A stretch of 64,000 bases of DNA from an uncultured virus (IMG/VR IMGVR_UViG_3300006201_000011) (IMGVR_UViG_3300006201_000011:1-64000), one strand, 5' to 3'; positions 1 through 9,835 are shown, numbered from the stretch's first letter. The notes: generated by a model from the sequence alone, not told the origin. A program made the numbers and translations.

Positions 1-13
1 TTGCTAACCCTTG

Positions 14-253
14 CTACTTTGCGGTTTGTACATCTGGCATTTCCATCAGACCAATTACAACACTGTGCAAAAAGTTTCTAATTTTCGGTTCTTCCGATAA
101 AGGAAGCAAGAAACTCTTTTCACGTGCCGGTGGCCTGGAAAGTGACGCGCCGGGATGGTAATACTCAATGTGGAGATAGATGTTCTTCCCGTCAATCCAG
201 TCAAATACACGGACTTTGTATCCTCCCGCCACCCAAGTGTTGATTTCTGTCAT
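14..253 (-). CDS. hypothetical protein (79 aa)
   Basis: ORF starting MTEINTW with AAGGAG RBS, behind the motif at 274-306. Confidence 0.75.
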   Translation of the reverse strand: MTEINTWVAGGYKVRVFDWIDGKNIYLHIEYYHPGASLSRPPAREKSFLLPLSEEPKIRNFLHSVVIGLMEMPDVQTAK

Positions 254-288
254 ACGACCACTCCTTCCATTACTATTACAGAAAAAAA

Positions 289-499
289 GGGAGAGGTTTG
301 CTAACCTCTCCTCAGGCTGTCGAAAAAGGATTTTCGCCAGCCTGAGCAAGTTTTCAAAACGTTAAAAAACGTTTTGAAAACTTATGATTGAAAACGAAAG
401 GAACCCTTCCTGGGTTCCTCTCGTAACTCTCCTCCTTCCCGTCGAGGATGGTTTTTACGGTTTTTCGACACTCTGGGGAGAGGTTTGCTAACCTCTCCC
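289..499. repeat. 211 bp element bounded by 39 bp imperfect inverted repeats, with an internal perfect 16 bp hairpin
   Basis: 289-327 versus the reverse complement of 461-499 match 34/39; AAGTTTTCAAAACGTT (348-363) pairs with AACGTTTTGAAAACTT (368-383). Confidence 0.8.
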
Positions 500-511
500 C
501 AAAACTTTTTG

Positions 512-751
512 TTAGTCGTACTCGAAGCTCTCACGTCCGATATACTCACCATTCGCATAATCTTCATCGACATAGCCGGAGTACCAGACCAGCTCACCGT
601 GCTACTTTGTCAAATCGTCCAATTTGCCGATGCAGCCACTCTCGTCGTTGCCGCCGACTGTTACCTCGAAGTTATCTGCAAACCGCCCACACATTCTGAA
701 CGGCTCCAGGACTGCGCTTTTGATGTCGGAAATGGTATCGTTGTAAATCAT
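512..751 (-). pseudogene. 79-codon gene interrupted by an in-frame TAG at codon 50
   Basis: GGAGG RBS, then MIYNDT...LDDLTK*HGELVWYSGY...FEYD-TAA; TAG at 602-604. Confidence 0.65.
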
Positions 752-763
752 AATATCTTCCTC

Positions 764-979
764 CTAAATCTCGCTCTTGTATACGGTAAACTCGTATCCG
801 TCCGCAGGAATTTCCTCCACCCAGGGCAGACAGGTGTTATCGTTGCCGTGCTTGTCCCAAGCGATACGCTCGGCCTCGTCAGGATTTGAAGCAAAAACTA
901 CACCGCAGCGTTTCCCGATGTGGGCACCAGTTCGATGATGACAAACGGTCATGCAAAAGAAATATGCCTTTTTCTCCAT
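764..979 (-). CDS. hypothetical protein
   Basis: ORF with GAGGAGG RBS, follows 991-1773. Confidence 0.7.
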   Translation of the reverse strand: MEKKAYFFCMTVCHHRTGAHIGKRCGVVFASNPDEAERIAWDKHGNDNTCLPWVEEIPADGYEFTVYKSEI

Positions 980-990
980 AATAATCCTCC

Positions 991-1773
991 TCACTTTCTT
1001 AGTTCATGTTCAGTAGCGACCATACACAACAAGCCAGCGGTCAGGGTGTCAGGTGCGGCGGCGGTGATACCGTCAAAAGCATTTATCAGCGGATTGCCGT
1101 TTCCGTGCTGCCTCTGGGGTTTCACCTTGACCAGCTCAGGCATGAATACGATGATCTCTGGCTTAAACCGTCCTACATCCTTAGTATCACCCCGCCCTTG
1201 TGCGATACGATTGGCTCCCTCAACAGCTTCCGTGCCTTGCAAAGCGGAGAAATATCGGCTCTTGGAAATGTTGGGATTGTAGTGGTAATCAACAGACAGT
1301 GAGGTTCCACCGTGGTTGTGTCCCAGACCAAAGGTATAGATGCAATATCTCGGCTCACTAACACGATTATAAAGAACACCCTCCACCAGAAGATAGTCAC
1401 GAAGATCAGCCCGTGCCTTTTTGATAACGGCATCCCTGGTCGTCTCTTTTCCCTCCTCTCTGTCCCAATGGAATCGAAAATAGGTGCTGCAGTGTTCGTG
1501 GTTGTAAACCAACTCATCCAGCGGATTTTGAAATCCGTGTTCCTCTGCCCAGCTTGTGTTGCGTAGCTTGGCCTGTGCCCAGAGCTTGCCATGATAGAGA
1601 TAAATCTTACCGGCACCAAAGAAAGACGTGTCCTCAAATGCAAGCTGCAAGCTGTCCATCTTGGCTTCCGGCAGATTGATCTGCACATACTCCTCACACT
1701 CCTTATAGCGGAGCTTGCGGCAACGGGGCGGAAGATAGCTTTCCTCGTATTTAATCCAGGTTCTAACTTTCAT
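991..1773 (-). CDS. hypothetical protein (260 aa)
   Basis: ORF with GGAGGTG RBS directly behind the motif at 1793-1825. Confidence 0.85.
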   Translation of the reverse strand: MKVRTWIKYEESYLPPRCRKLRYKECEEYVQINLPEAKMDSLQLAFEDTSFFGAGKIYLYHGKLWAQAKLRNTSWAEEHGFQNPLDELVYNHEHCSTYFRFHWDREEGKETTRDAVIKKARADLRDYLLVEGVLYNRVSEPRYCIYTFGLGHNHGGTSLSVDYHYNPNISKSRYFSALQGTEAVEGANRIAQGRGDTKDVGRFKPEIIVFMPELVKVKPQRQHGNGNPLINAFDGITAAAPDTLTAGLLCMVATEHELRK

Positions 1774-1870
1774 GGTGTTGCACCTCCTATTTCTATTAAC
1801 AGACCGTTATATAAATTTGCTAACCGATATGTAGAGGCGGGGAAGATTTCTCCTCCCCGCCCGTTCCATA

Positions 1871-2803
1871 TTACGCGCTGGCACCCACCAGCAGAGACGC
1901 CATCTTGTCCATCATAGCGTGACCGTCCATAATACGGCCCCAGTTGTTCTCGCGATAATTAGCCGTCTGGCGGCGGGGCGCGTTGTGACTGACCATATCG
2001 CTCATGGCATTCAGTGCTCCCCATGCAGTCCCCATGAACTTGGCGATGTCAGGAGCGAAGTAGCAGACCATGTACTCGTCCTTGACCTTTTTGGCGTTCC
2101 GCTTCTCGCGGTCGCTCATATCTTCCGTCACGGGGAACATCTCGTCCAGAATGGCCTTGATCCGCTCGTCGGTGACGGTGGTGTTCGCCATCTGATCGGC
2201 ATACTCACCCAGCCCGTCCATGTACTTATTCGCCATGTCCAAACAGACTCGCGCCTCATGGAGCTTGGCCTGAATGTCACCAGTGTGACGGACAGCCCAA
2301 GCGCGTTTCGCACTGTTCAGCGCGAAGTTGAGTGTGTTGTTGCAGACCACCCGAATAGGTGTCATACAGACCCTAATAGCGCCGCTCCCGTCATGGGTGT
2401 TGGTGAAGCACAGGTAAGGCTCCGTCTTGTCTCCCACAATCTCCGTCTCCGGCAGCTTCGCCAGCAGCCAGATCTTCTTGCCACCCTGCAAACTGCCCGC
2501 CGTCTCGTAGTGAACCTCACCGTCAATCAGGGAGTCCGTAAAGGCGAATGCCTCCGCATTCTGAACAATACGATAGCGGTCGGTCACGACACCCAGCACA
2601 GCGCCGTCACTGCTCCGCACATTGGCCTTGTAGTTGACGATCTTCGCCCCACCACAGACCTGGATGTTCTTCTTGTCCACAGTCCAGTCCAGACCAGCCA
2701 GCCGCAGAGCGTCGGCGCTGGTGGGCGCTTCCTCAACCATCGTGCCCAGACCGTGCCAGGGCTTCTCACGAACGTACATCATAGTTTCAACATTAGCTGC
2801 CAT
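1871..2803 (-). CDS. DUF932/DUF945-family phage protein (310 aa)
   Basis: Motifs PWHGLG, AGLDW, ETAGSL.GG..IW, N.HDGS, RVVCNNTL and GTAWGALNA are typical of DUF932. Confidence 0.85.
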   Translation of the reverse strand: MAANVETMMYVREKPWHGLGTMVEEAPTSADALRLAGLDWTVDKKNIQVCGGAKIVNYKANVRSSDGAVLGVVTDRYRIVQNAEAFAFTDSLIDGEVHYETAGSLQGGKKIWLLAKLPETEIVGDKTEPYLCFTNTHDGSGAIRVCMTPIRVVCNNTLNFALNSAKRAWAVRHTGDIQAKLHEARVCLDMANKYMDGLGEYADQMANTTVTDERIKAILDEMFPVTEDMSDREKRNAKKVKDEYMVCYFAPDIAKFMGTAWGALNAMSDMVSHNAPRRQTANYRENNWGRIMDGHAMMDKMASLLVGASA

Positions 2804-2905
2804 TTTGCAAACCTCCTAAATTTTGTAGTGTGGTGAACAGGTACATTCTTATAGCAGTCAGAAAATCAGTTTTGCTAACCACAAAGAAAAATTTACTCCT
2901 CCAAT

Positions 2906-3322
2906 TTATTTGTTGCTCTCGTATACTGCCAGCACTTTCGGAAACAACTCCTGACGCCACTTGTAGAAATCTTCCACCAGGGCAAGCGCATCCTCCCTGC
3001 ACAGCTCCAAAAACTCGTTGTTAATTCCGGCCTCACTGTCATCATTGCGTACTGCTTGGATGTACAGCTCCAGATTGTCCACATCCTCACAGAAGCGGCG
3101 CTCATTGCACAGCTTGCATACCTCATCCAGTGTCCAGCCGTTTTCCTTGCAGGCCAGCCAGTCATCCTCGGTGAAATCCATCACAGATCCCACGCTCCCG
3201 TGGTAGTCCTGAATTGCCCAGGGTAGCCCCTCATCGGTGTACCGCCAATCCAGCCTGCCATAGCGCTTGGTATACTCGGCCTTGGTATCTTCAATCTTCT
3301 TGCGCAGCGTGTTCTTCTCCAT
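2906..3322 (-). CDS. hypothetical protein (138 aa)
   Basis: ORF with AGGAGG RBS. Confidence 0.8.
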   Translation of the reverse strand: MEKNTLRKKIEDTKAEYTKRYGRLDWRYTDEGLPWAIQDYHGSVGSVMDFTEDDWLACKENGWTLDEVCKLCNERRFCEDVDNLELYIQAVRNDDSEAGINNEFLELCREDALALVEDFYKWRQELFPKVLAVYESNK

Positions 3323-3406
3323 GGTTGAACCTCCTTTTGCAGTAGGCTTGCCGCCTCCTATTCTTTTGACAGCAAAAATGTGTCGTTTGCTAACCGTTCA
3401 GAAAAA

Positions 3407-3913
3407 TTATTCTGTCCAGCAATTTTCTACACAGAAAGAAAACCGTGTACAGCTACCGCCAACTGTACTAACCACCATCCGATCTGCCTTGTTCATAATG
3501 GCGGTCAGCATAGCCGTCTCATCCTTGTTAAACGCAGCTACACTACTCACATCCAAAAAGAGAATAGCGTTCTTTTCGTACTGGTTGGGCTTAATCTCTT
3601 CCAGCTTTCGCACATCACCACAGCGTTGAAGAAACTTGGTCAGCCCCGCCTTGATCTCCTGGAACAGCCGCAGCTTGTCAAAATCAGCCCGCTTTCCATT
3701 GAAATTTTCGTTTCGCTGATACATCGCCTCAATCTCCTCTGGGGAGTAGGCCAGCGTTCTCCGCAGTTCCGTTACACCAATACGATCTAACGCCTCATCC
3801 TCGGCACAGTTGAGTTGATGCGCCACATCAGCGGTAGAAATCTCTCCGGCCAGATAGCCCAGCCGGAGAGAGTCAATGTCAACACGTTTCTGCAAATCCC
3901 ATTTCTTTTTCAC
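3407..3913 (-). CDS. hypothetical protein, possible N-terminal HTH (168 aa)
   Basis: ORF overlapping the upstream stop (GTGA); STADVAHQLNC is HTH-like. Confidence 0.7.
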   Translation of the reverse strand: MKKKWDLQKRVDIDSLRLGYLAGEISTADVAHQLNCAEDEALDRIGVTELRRTLAYSPEEIEAMYQRNENFNGKRADFDKLRLFQEIKAGLTKFLQRCGDVRKLEEIKPNQYEKNAILFLDVSSVAAFNKDETAMLTAIMNKADRMVVSTVGGSCTRFSFCVENCWTE

Positions 3914-4092
3914 TGCGTCTTCCTCCTCATATCCATGTACTCTTTATAGCTCACTCCCATGAGGTCAGCGGCAGCGTGGAGCGCCGTTTTCTTGTCGGCC
4001 AGCGGGCCGGCGGCTACCTTGGGAGACTCGACTTTATGGGGATACCAGCGAGAGCTACCCTTCTGTTTGGACACATCATAGGTAATCTGCAT
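3910..4092 (-). CDS. hypothetical protein (60 aa)
   Basis: ORF with AAGGAG RBS. Confidence 0.7.
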   Translation of the reverse strand: MQITYDVSKQKGSSRWYPHKVESPKVAAGPLADKKTALHAAADLMGVSYKEYMDMRRKTQ

Positions 4093-4102
4093 TTTACACT
4101 CC

Positions 4103-4402
4103 TTAATTCCGATGAAGCTCCGTCAGAGCCTCGTTATATTTTCCGGCCCGAAGCAAAGCACATTCTTTGTGAAAATTGCAGTCGGTCAGCCGATACTCCA
4201 CCTGTTCCATTTTCCTAATGTCTCCACACTTATAGGCTTGCCGGTGCTCAGAGAACAGCCGCTCCGCAGTTGCATATGAGATACCCCAGTTGTTACGGGC
4301 GTTCAGTCGGTCAATGCGTAACACATCGCCCACCGTCAGCGCCTTATAAGCGCCACTCCAGATCTCATTCTTATCCCGTTCCATGTTGTTCCTCCTCACC
4401 AA
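4103..4402 (-). CDS. hypothetical protein
   Basis: ORF; true start probably ATG 4384 after GAGGAGG. Confidence 0.7.
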   Translation of the reverse strand: MVRRNNMERDKNEIWSGAYKALTVGDVLRIDRLNARNNWGISYATAERLFSEHRQAYKCGDIRKMEQVEYRLTDCNFHKECALLRAGKYNEALTELHRN

Positions 4403-4833
4403 ACATTCCGCCAGCCGGGAGACTTGACCAGCTCCTCCAGCTCCACCTCTTTCTTGTCGGCCTCGTCCTGCTCACCATCGTCAGGAAAGTCGGACACGTC
4501 CAGATCGTACACCTCGACGCTCACATCGGCGTTGGCGTGAACCTCCTCCACCAAGCCGCCCTTAACCCGCACAGCTATCTGCACATCCAGCTCCTGTTCC
4601 TCAATTCGCCAACTCTCCACGTCGCTGTCATCACGGATAACCGCCGTGCTCTCACAGCACTCGCACTCATCCTCATCCTTGTGCTCTTTTGCGTCGTATT
4701 CCCACGCCTTGACTGTGCTCTCCCAGCTCTCCCGCATTGCGTTCTGCGCAGACAGCTTATCAGTGAACGACCGTACATCGCAGCCCCAAGCGGCGTCGGT
4801 ATCCTGCTCGTGAATCAGATTGTAGATTTTCAT
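4396..4833 (-). CDS. acidic hypothetical protein (145 aa)
   Basis: ORF with GAGGAGG RBS; D/E-rich. Confidence 0.8.
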   Translation of the reverse strand: MKIYNLIHEQDTDAAWGCDVRSFTDKLSAQNAMRESWESTVKAWEYDAKEHKDEDECECCESTAVIRDDSDVESWRIEEQELDVQIAVRVKGGLVEEVHANADVSVEVYDLDVSDFPDDGEQDEADKKEVELEELVKSPGWRNVW

Positions 4834-4913
4834 TGTGTAGCCTCCTCATAATTTTTAGTGCCTCTATTCTATTTACAGGGGATAAACAGGAATTGCTAAC
4901 CATTGAAATAAAA

Positions 4914-4941
4914 AAAGCCCACCGATTTTTCGGTGGGCTTT
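4914..4941 (-). terminator. Intrinsic terminator, representative of those closing most left-arm modules
   Basis: AAAGCCCACCG-loop-CGGTGGGCTTT with an A-run on + (U-run on -). Similar hairpins at about 1837, 5582, 6669, 7865, 10420, 11413, 12339, 12721, 13394, 14103, 14878 and 15347. Confidence 0.8.
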
Positions 4942-4947
4942 GCAGTG

Positions 4948-5487
4948 TCAGGATACGGCGGCGTACAGGCGGGCACGGGGATTGGAGATGGGCTGAAAAA
5001 TTGCCTCACCATTGGAAAACCGTGCGATACAGACCACTTCCTGAAATCCCCAGCGTTTTCCCAGCTCAGTCAGCTTCCGGTTAATCTTCCGCTTTTCAGC
5101 CTCATACTTCCGATACGCTACACTTCGGCAGCAATCAAAGTAGTAGTGGCACTCGTCGTTGTCGTAGTCATACTCGTCCAGGTCGTGCTCGGTTTCCACA
5201 TAGAACTGAACCCCAGAGTAGTACCCGCTCCGCAGGCTGATTTTATGGAACATCAAATCATAGTTGAGATCGTCCAGCTCACGCTCAATCTCACGCCGGT
5301 CACACTCCCATGCCACCTCGTCGGAGAAGTAGTAATCTTCCAGTTCCTCACAGCCGCAGAGGTCGCAAGCAGTAGCATCTGCATCCATGATAGCGCCGCA
5401 CTCAGGGCAGCGCTTGGCCTCATCTTGATCTTCCCTCACAAACAGGGAGAAGTTATCCATTGTACGGTAGTTAGCAGTGCTCATCAC
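4948..5487 (-). CDS. hypothetical protein with zinc ribbon (179 aa)
   Basis: CPECG...CDLCG; RBS AGGAGG. Confidence 0.8.
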   Translation of the reverse strand: MMSTANYRTMDNFSLFVREDQDEAKRCPECGAIMDADATACDLCGCEELEDYYFSDEVAWECDRREIERELDDLNYDLMFHKISLRSGYYSGVQFYVETEHDLDEYDYDNDECHYYFDCCRSVAYRKYEAEKRKINRKLTELGKRWGFQEVVCIARFSNGEAIFQPISNPRARLYAAVS

Positions 5488-5614
5488 TCATACCTCCTAA
5501 TTATTTTTCGTGGTACTCTCCACATTCTTATTACAGAGGGAAAATACGATTTGCTAACCATTTAGAAAAAACTATAAAAAACGGGAAAGCTACATCAGCA
5601 GCTTTCCCGTCCAT

Positions 5615-5821
5615 TCAGAAATTCAAGTCCACATTGCCTGTCCGCTTCTGATGACGATACCAGTTGAGCATCATCACAAAATCCCCAGGCGTGATGGTGT
5701 ACTCGTCCTCACAGTCAGTATAATCGTCATGGGGTGCTCCCCAGGCGGTGACTTTCACCGGGCCGTCTGGCTCGGCCTGCTCCAACTCGATCTTCCGTCC
5801 ATTGTTCACAAAAAATTCCAT
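5615..5821 (-). CDS. hypothetical protein (68 aa)
   Basis: ORF with GGGAGG RBS. Confidence 0.75.
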   Translation of the reverse strand: MEFFVNNGRKIELEQAEPDGPVKVTAWGAPHDDYTDCEDEYTITPGDFVMMLNWYRHQKRTGNVDLNF

Positions 5822-5833
5822 GTTGCCCTCCCG

Positions 5834-6610
5834 TTAAGAAATAATATCCTCGTCCAGCAGAATCTCGCTGATATGCACGGCGGTCACTCCGTTCATACCG
5901 GATTCTCCCAGGTGCTTCAGCAGCTTTTCCATAGCCTCATTGGTGCCATGGGCGGCAATCTGATAGCCCCTTGTCATGTTTCCGAATGTCACTACGACGG
6001 CGTACTTGGGAATGAAATGCTCGTCCTCGAACTCCTCCTTTGTAAGACCCTCCACGATGTCTTTGCCGCAGTTAGGACACTCGCAGAAAGAATCACCACA
6101 AACTTCTTCATCGTGGAGAACGTCAGTGGAGAAATACTCGCCACAGGCTTCACACTGAAGCACCTTGCCGTTGTCCATGTCGCTGGTATGGCACGGCCAG
6201 CACTGAACAAACTCCTCCGGCATCCCGGAATTGACCAGCGTATAGTCTTCATCGTCCTTAATGATTTTGCCACAGGTCTTGCAGATTTTTTTCATAGGAT
6301 TTTCCTCCCATTTTTCCATCGCCTCACTCAAAGAGGCGTAGCGATTTTTGATAGCAACATTCTCGTTAAACTCGTTGAAAATATGGAGAAACGCCTGCTC
6401 CATACTGGTGTAGCGGCGATTTTTCGTATCCTTTGTGCCTAAGCGTTTTCCAGTCACATGGAACAGATAGGGAGCATAAGAATCATCTTCACGCTCCAAT
6501 TTCAGCTCCCAGCCATTGAAAGTGAAAGCGCTACTCTCACCAGGCTTCCACAACCTTTCCTCCGCCAGTGTCCGGCTGATGTATTCTTTGTCAAATGCCA
6601 TAACTCGCAC
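5834..6610 (-). CDS. hypothetical protein with two CxxC pairs (zinc-binding)
   Basis: CKTC/CWPC/CEAC/CPNC; directly behind the motif at 6621-6651. Confidence 0.8.
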   Translation of the reverse strand: MRVMAFDKEYISRTLAEERLWKPGESSAFTFNGWELKLEREDDSYAPYLFHVTGKRLGTKDTKNRRYTSMEQAFLHIFNEFNENVAIKNRYASLSEAMEKWEENPMKKICKTCGKIIKDDEDYTLVNSGMPEEFVQCWPCHTSDMDNGKVLQCEACGEYFSTDVLHDEEVCGDSFCECPNCGKDIVEGLTKEEFEDEHFIPKYAVVVTFGNMTRGYQIAAHGTNEAMEKLLKHLGESGMNGVTAVHISEILLDEDIIS

Positions 6611-6705
6611 CTTCTATTATATTTACAGTTAGAAAACCGTGCTTGCTAACCACGTTTGAAATAAAATAGGGGAGAGGTATCGTCCTCTCCCCTCGTAGGC
6701 CAACT

Positions 6706-6933
6706 TTATTCAAGGCCAGTGATTGCCAGCAGCACATTGTACAAAACCCGCCAGTAGTCGGAGTTGTAGGGATTCTGCGCCGTGGCTTTGACCTGATACA
6801 GCGCGTTCAGCAGTTCTTCTCCTAACTTCCCATCGTCCTCCATGTTTGCCAGCTCGATCAGTTTTTCAGCGATGTCGTTGCAGTCGTAGTACGATGCTTC
6901 ATTGTACTTTTTCAGATTTTCCAGCAGTTCCAT
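6706..6933 (-). CDS. hypothetical protein (75 aa)
   Basis: ORF with GGAGGTG RBS, single-gene module. Confidence 0.8.
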   Translation of the reverse strand: MELLENLKKYNEASYYDCNDIAEKLIELANMEDDGKLGEELLNALYQVKATAQNPYNSDYWRVLYNVLLAITGLE

Positions 6934-6999
6934 GTATCTGCACCTCCTATTATAATTACAGGCAATAGAAAATGTTTTGCTAACCTATTCCGAAAATAT

Positions 7000-7563
7000 T
7001 CAGCTTGCCGCCTCCACTACCGTATAATCGGACGGGATACGTTTTGCGGGAATGTAGGTGCCGTCAGCCGAATTGAACCAGAACGGACGCTTGAATTGAT
7101 AGGCGGGCGCGTGCTTGACAACTGTTTTTACACCGTCACCCCATCTGAATTGAATCTGCGCTCCGATAGGGAGATTGGATAGGGCGGTAGGGGACTTTTT
7201 CTTTTCCGTTGCTTTCTTGCAGTTCTCCCGCCATTCCAGCGCTCCCTTATAATCCGTAGGGGACAGCAGTTTAAGGATAGACTGCGGGCAGTCGTAGTAG
7301 AACGGGTGCATATCCTCGGACATATCCTTGTAATAGAAATTGTAGTAGTCTTTCATGTCCGTCTGCGTCAAAACCACCAGTCCGTAAACATGACCTTTCG
7401 GATGATGCACCGCCGCATAGTAGACAGCACCCACCATCGAAGATTTCACCAGTTTGTGTCCGTCCTCTCCCTCATGGCAGAACAGCTCATAGTCAAGCTC
7501 CGCTTTCCGATCAATCGAACCGTTGCGCTTGTAATGCGTTGCGTGATAACTTGTCCAGCCCAT
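7000..7563 (-). CDS. hypothetical protein, MGW...YKDMSEDMHP.YYDCP family (187 aa)
   Basis: AAGGAGG RBS before ATG 7563; conserved-looking K.M.E..GP-like/YDCP motif. Confidence 0.8.
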   Translation of the reverse strand: MGWTSYHATHYKRNGSIDRKAELDYELFCHEGEDGHKLVKSSMVGAVYYAAVHHPKGHVYGLVVLTQTDMKDYYNFYYKDMSEDMHPFYYDCPQSILKLLSPTDYKGALEWRENCKKATEKKKSPTALSNLPIGAQIQFRWGDGVKTVVKHAPAYQFKRPFWFNSADGTYIPAKRIPSDYTVVEAAS

Positions 7564-7574
7564 TTTACGCCTCC

Positions 7575-7793
7575 TTAATAAATCACGATCTCTTTGGTGA
7601 ACAGCATATATAGCGACAGGGGAAACAGTAGCACCAGCGCCGTGGCGTCCTGATCTTCCGGCGTTGTACCAGTGGAACACAGCCACAACACAAAGGCACA
7701 TACGACCAATAGCCCCAGCCCCATCAGCTTTTGCTCAACCATCTTCCTCCGGTACAGCCGACACTGATTTCTTGTCGTTTGATAGCTTTTCAT
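7575..7793 (-). CDS. small membrane protein (72 aa)
   Basis: Two hydrophobic segments; GGAGG RBS. Confidence 0.75.
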   Translation of the reverse strand: MKSYQTTRNQCRLYRRKMVEQKLMGLGLLVVCAFVLWLCSTGTTPEDQDATALVLLFPLSLYMLFTKEIVIY

Positions 7794-7896
7794 GTAGTAG
7801 AACCACCTCCTATTCTTATAACAGCTTGATTTTGTTGTTTGCTAACCACTAAAGCGAAAAAAAAGGTGGAGAGGGAAAATCCTCTCCACCTTGCAT

Positions 7897-8082
7897 TTAC
7901 ACCGTGTCATCCACCTTAAAAGTGACCATGTTACGTTTGTTGTCGCCAGCTTCAAACTCGCCAGATTTTTCATCTTCCAGCGTGATACGGTTTACCACTG
8001 TCAACAGCGCATCCCGAATAACCGCATCATCCTGGATGCCGTCTGCCTCTTTGCCCGTAGGCATACAAATCACAATACGCAT
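7897..8082 (-). CDS. hypothetical protein (61 aa)
   Basis: GAGGAG RBS before ATG 8082. Confidence 0.7.
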   Translation of the reverse strand: MRIVICMPTGKEADGIQDDAVIRDALLTVVNRITLEDEKSGEFEAGDNKRNMVTFKVDDTV

Positions 8083-8093
8083 TTCGCTCCTCC

Positions 8094-8303
8094 TCAATAT
8101 TTGATCTCTATACGCTTGTTTTTGTTTTCGATTGCCTCGGCCAGCCGTGACTTGACGCTCTGATAATTTTCCCACATATGTGCAGCCAGCGCCTGTTCCA
8201 TAGATGTAGCCCCGTCAGCCGTCATAGTGGCATCCAATCTGCGGGATTCTTCTTCCAGCAAATTGATTAGCCACGACACCTCCGTTTTTGTAAATGTTTT
8301 CAC
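8094..8303 (-). CDS. hypothetical protein (69 aa)
   Basis: GGAGG RBS, GTG start overlapping the upstream stop. Confidence 0.7.
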   Translation of the reverse strand: MKTFTKTEVSWLINLLEEESRRLDATMTADGATSMEQALAAHMWENYQSVKSRLAEAIENKNKRIEIKY

Positions 8304-8668
8304 GATCTCGCCTCCAACTCTTTCCGGTCATTGCTTCCATGCTCAATCTCCCATCCGTCCGCTATCCGATCTCCACCAGGGAAACGATAGACAGGGAACT
8401 CCCCGAAGTCCAGGTACTGGAATGTCCCGATATATCCGTCCGTCGTCTTGATGTACTTGGGATATAGCTGTTTGACCAGCTCATAATTCTTGGCCTGCTG
8501 CTCTGTCAGCGGCTTCTCATAGTCGATATAACCCCATGCGTCCCGCTGAATATCGTAACAGGGCTTCCGCTCGTCGAAGTTTTCCCATCCCAGCACTTTG
8601 TTGTCTTTTGACATAGGAAAAGTCATGGGAGAAATAGGACGCTGTGTTGAATAGTATCTGTAGCTCAT
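8300..8668 (-). CDS. protein with DarA C-terminal-like domain (possible anti-restriction)
   Basis: YRYYSTQRP..P.TFP...WGYIDYEKPLT...YEL resembles the DarA_C pattern, recalled from memory. Confidence 0.55.
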   Translation of the reverse strand: MSYRYYSTQRPISPMTFPMSKDNKVLGWENFDERKPCYDIQRDAWGYIDYEKPLTEQQAKNYELVKQLYPKYIKTTDGYIGTFQYLDFGEFPVYRFPGGDRIADGWEIEHGSNDRKELEARS

Positions 8669-8765
8669 GGAATGCACCTCCTATTTATATAACAGCTTTA
8701 ATTTTCCTTGTGCTAACCACTAAAGCAAAAAAAGCGGGCAGGGACAAACCCCACCCGCAAAAAAA

Positions 8766-8900
8766 TCACTCCTCATCGTCACTGGCCGGCTCATATGTGT
8801 CGCACCCGTCAGCAGAAATATTGATTGCCTCTCCACCATAGCCACATTTTCCACACCAGAAAAACTCGCAATCAGTACGGCTACACATAACTTCTTGCAT
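8766..8900 (-). CDS. Cys-rich micro-protein (44 aa)
   Basis: MQEVMCSRTDCEFFWCGKCG...; GGAGG RBS; below the ORF-track cut-off. Confidence 0.55.
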   Translation of the reverse strand: MQEVMCSRTDCEFFWCGKCGYGGEAINISADGCDTYEPASDDEE

Positions 8901-8902
8901 TT

Positions 8903-9214
8903 TTACACCTCCATTCCACGATTAAACTTTTCCTGGTCAATTACACAGCAGATCGCGCTCATAGCGTCCATAAGTTCCATGACACAACTGTCTCCCACCT
9001 CTTTCTCTCGCATTCTTTCAGACCAGCGGCTATACAGCATCACCGTCATATCCCGCACATTCTGAAGCTCAATGTCATTGCGGGACTTGATTTCCAGCGT
9101 GGACATGATCTTCTCTGCCTCCGCTCCGCTCACGATGCCTCTCTGTGTCGGCCTATACGCCTCTTTCAATTCCATGATGGCGTGAAAATCGGTCTTTGTT
9201 GTCATGTTCGACAC
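8903..9214 (-). CDS. hypothetical protein (~100 aa)
   Basis: ORF; ATG 9205 follows GGAGGTG. Confidence 0.8.
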   Translation of the reverse strand: MSNMTTKTDFHAIMELKEAYRPTQRGIVSGAEAEKIMSTLEIKSRNDIELQNVRDMTVMLYSRWSERMREKEVGDSCVMELMDAMSAICCVIDQEKFNRGMEV

Positions 9215-9302
9215 CTCCTATTACTATTACAGGCATAGATCACGATTTGCTAACCACTAAAGCGAAAAAAGGCAGGAGAAAAACCCTCCCGCCTTAATCG
9301 TC

Positions 9303-9584
9303 TTAATATCCCTTTACCGTCTTAATGCCCAGCTCGTTATTGGTAAGGGCTTCGCAGAAATTGACGGCCTCCGTCAAGTCGTTGAACCCATACACAAACG
9401 TGATGCAGCGCCCCTCGTAGTCCGGCTTAAGAACCCAGATGCGATTGCCGTTCTCATCAACCCAGTTCCGCTCCAGCGCCTCCGCAAAGTCGTAGATCAT
9501 AACCCTGTCGTAAATCTCGCCCAGGCTGTTGATAGCAGAATGGGAGAAAAGGCGCTCCAAAACCACATAATACAGATACTTCAT
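9303..9584 (-). CDS. hypothetical protein (93 aa)
   Basis: ATGA coupling with the upstream gene. Confidence 0.75.
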   Translation of the reverse strand: MKYLYYVVLERLFSHSAINSLGEIYDRVMIYDFAEALERNWVDENGNRIWVLKPDYEGRCITFVYGFNDLTEAVNFCEALTNNELGIKTVKGY

Positions 9585-9799
9585 TTTGCTTTCACCTTTC
9601 TATAATTTACACGAAACATCCCCAGCTCCCAGGAAGTCAAAACTCGCCCGACAATTTGTTCACCTTGCCCGATTGCTACGTCAGGATAATCCCTACAAAA
9701 CGAAAATGTACCGTCAGGACAGGCGATTACAATTTGATCGTATCCATCCCGCCTTGCCGCTCGTTTCGCGTTTTGAATGATTTTCTCTTTGCTCAACAT
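9581..9799 (-). CDS. hypothetical protein (72 aa)
   Basis: GGAGGTG RBS behind a motif copy. Confidence 0.75.
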   Translation of the reverse strand: MLSKEKIIQNAKRAARRDGYDQIVIACPDGTFSFCRDYPDVAIGQGEQIVGRVLTSWELGMFRVNYRKVKAK

Positions 9800-9835
9800 G
9801 GTAGCACCTCCTATTGCTATTACAGGCGCAGATTA

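Noticed and set aside
1919..2836. Long antisense ORFs (e.g. 1919-2836, 5651-6442, 16147-16911, 28116-29117, 41463-42200, 45772-46563)
   Set aside because: They are shadows of real genes on the other strand, with no RBS or recognisable motifs.
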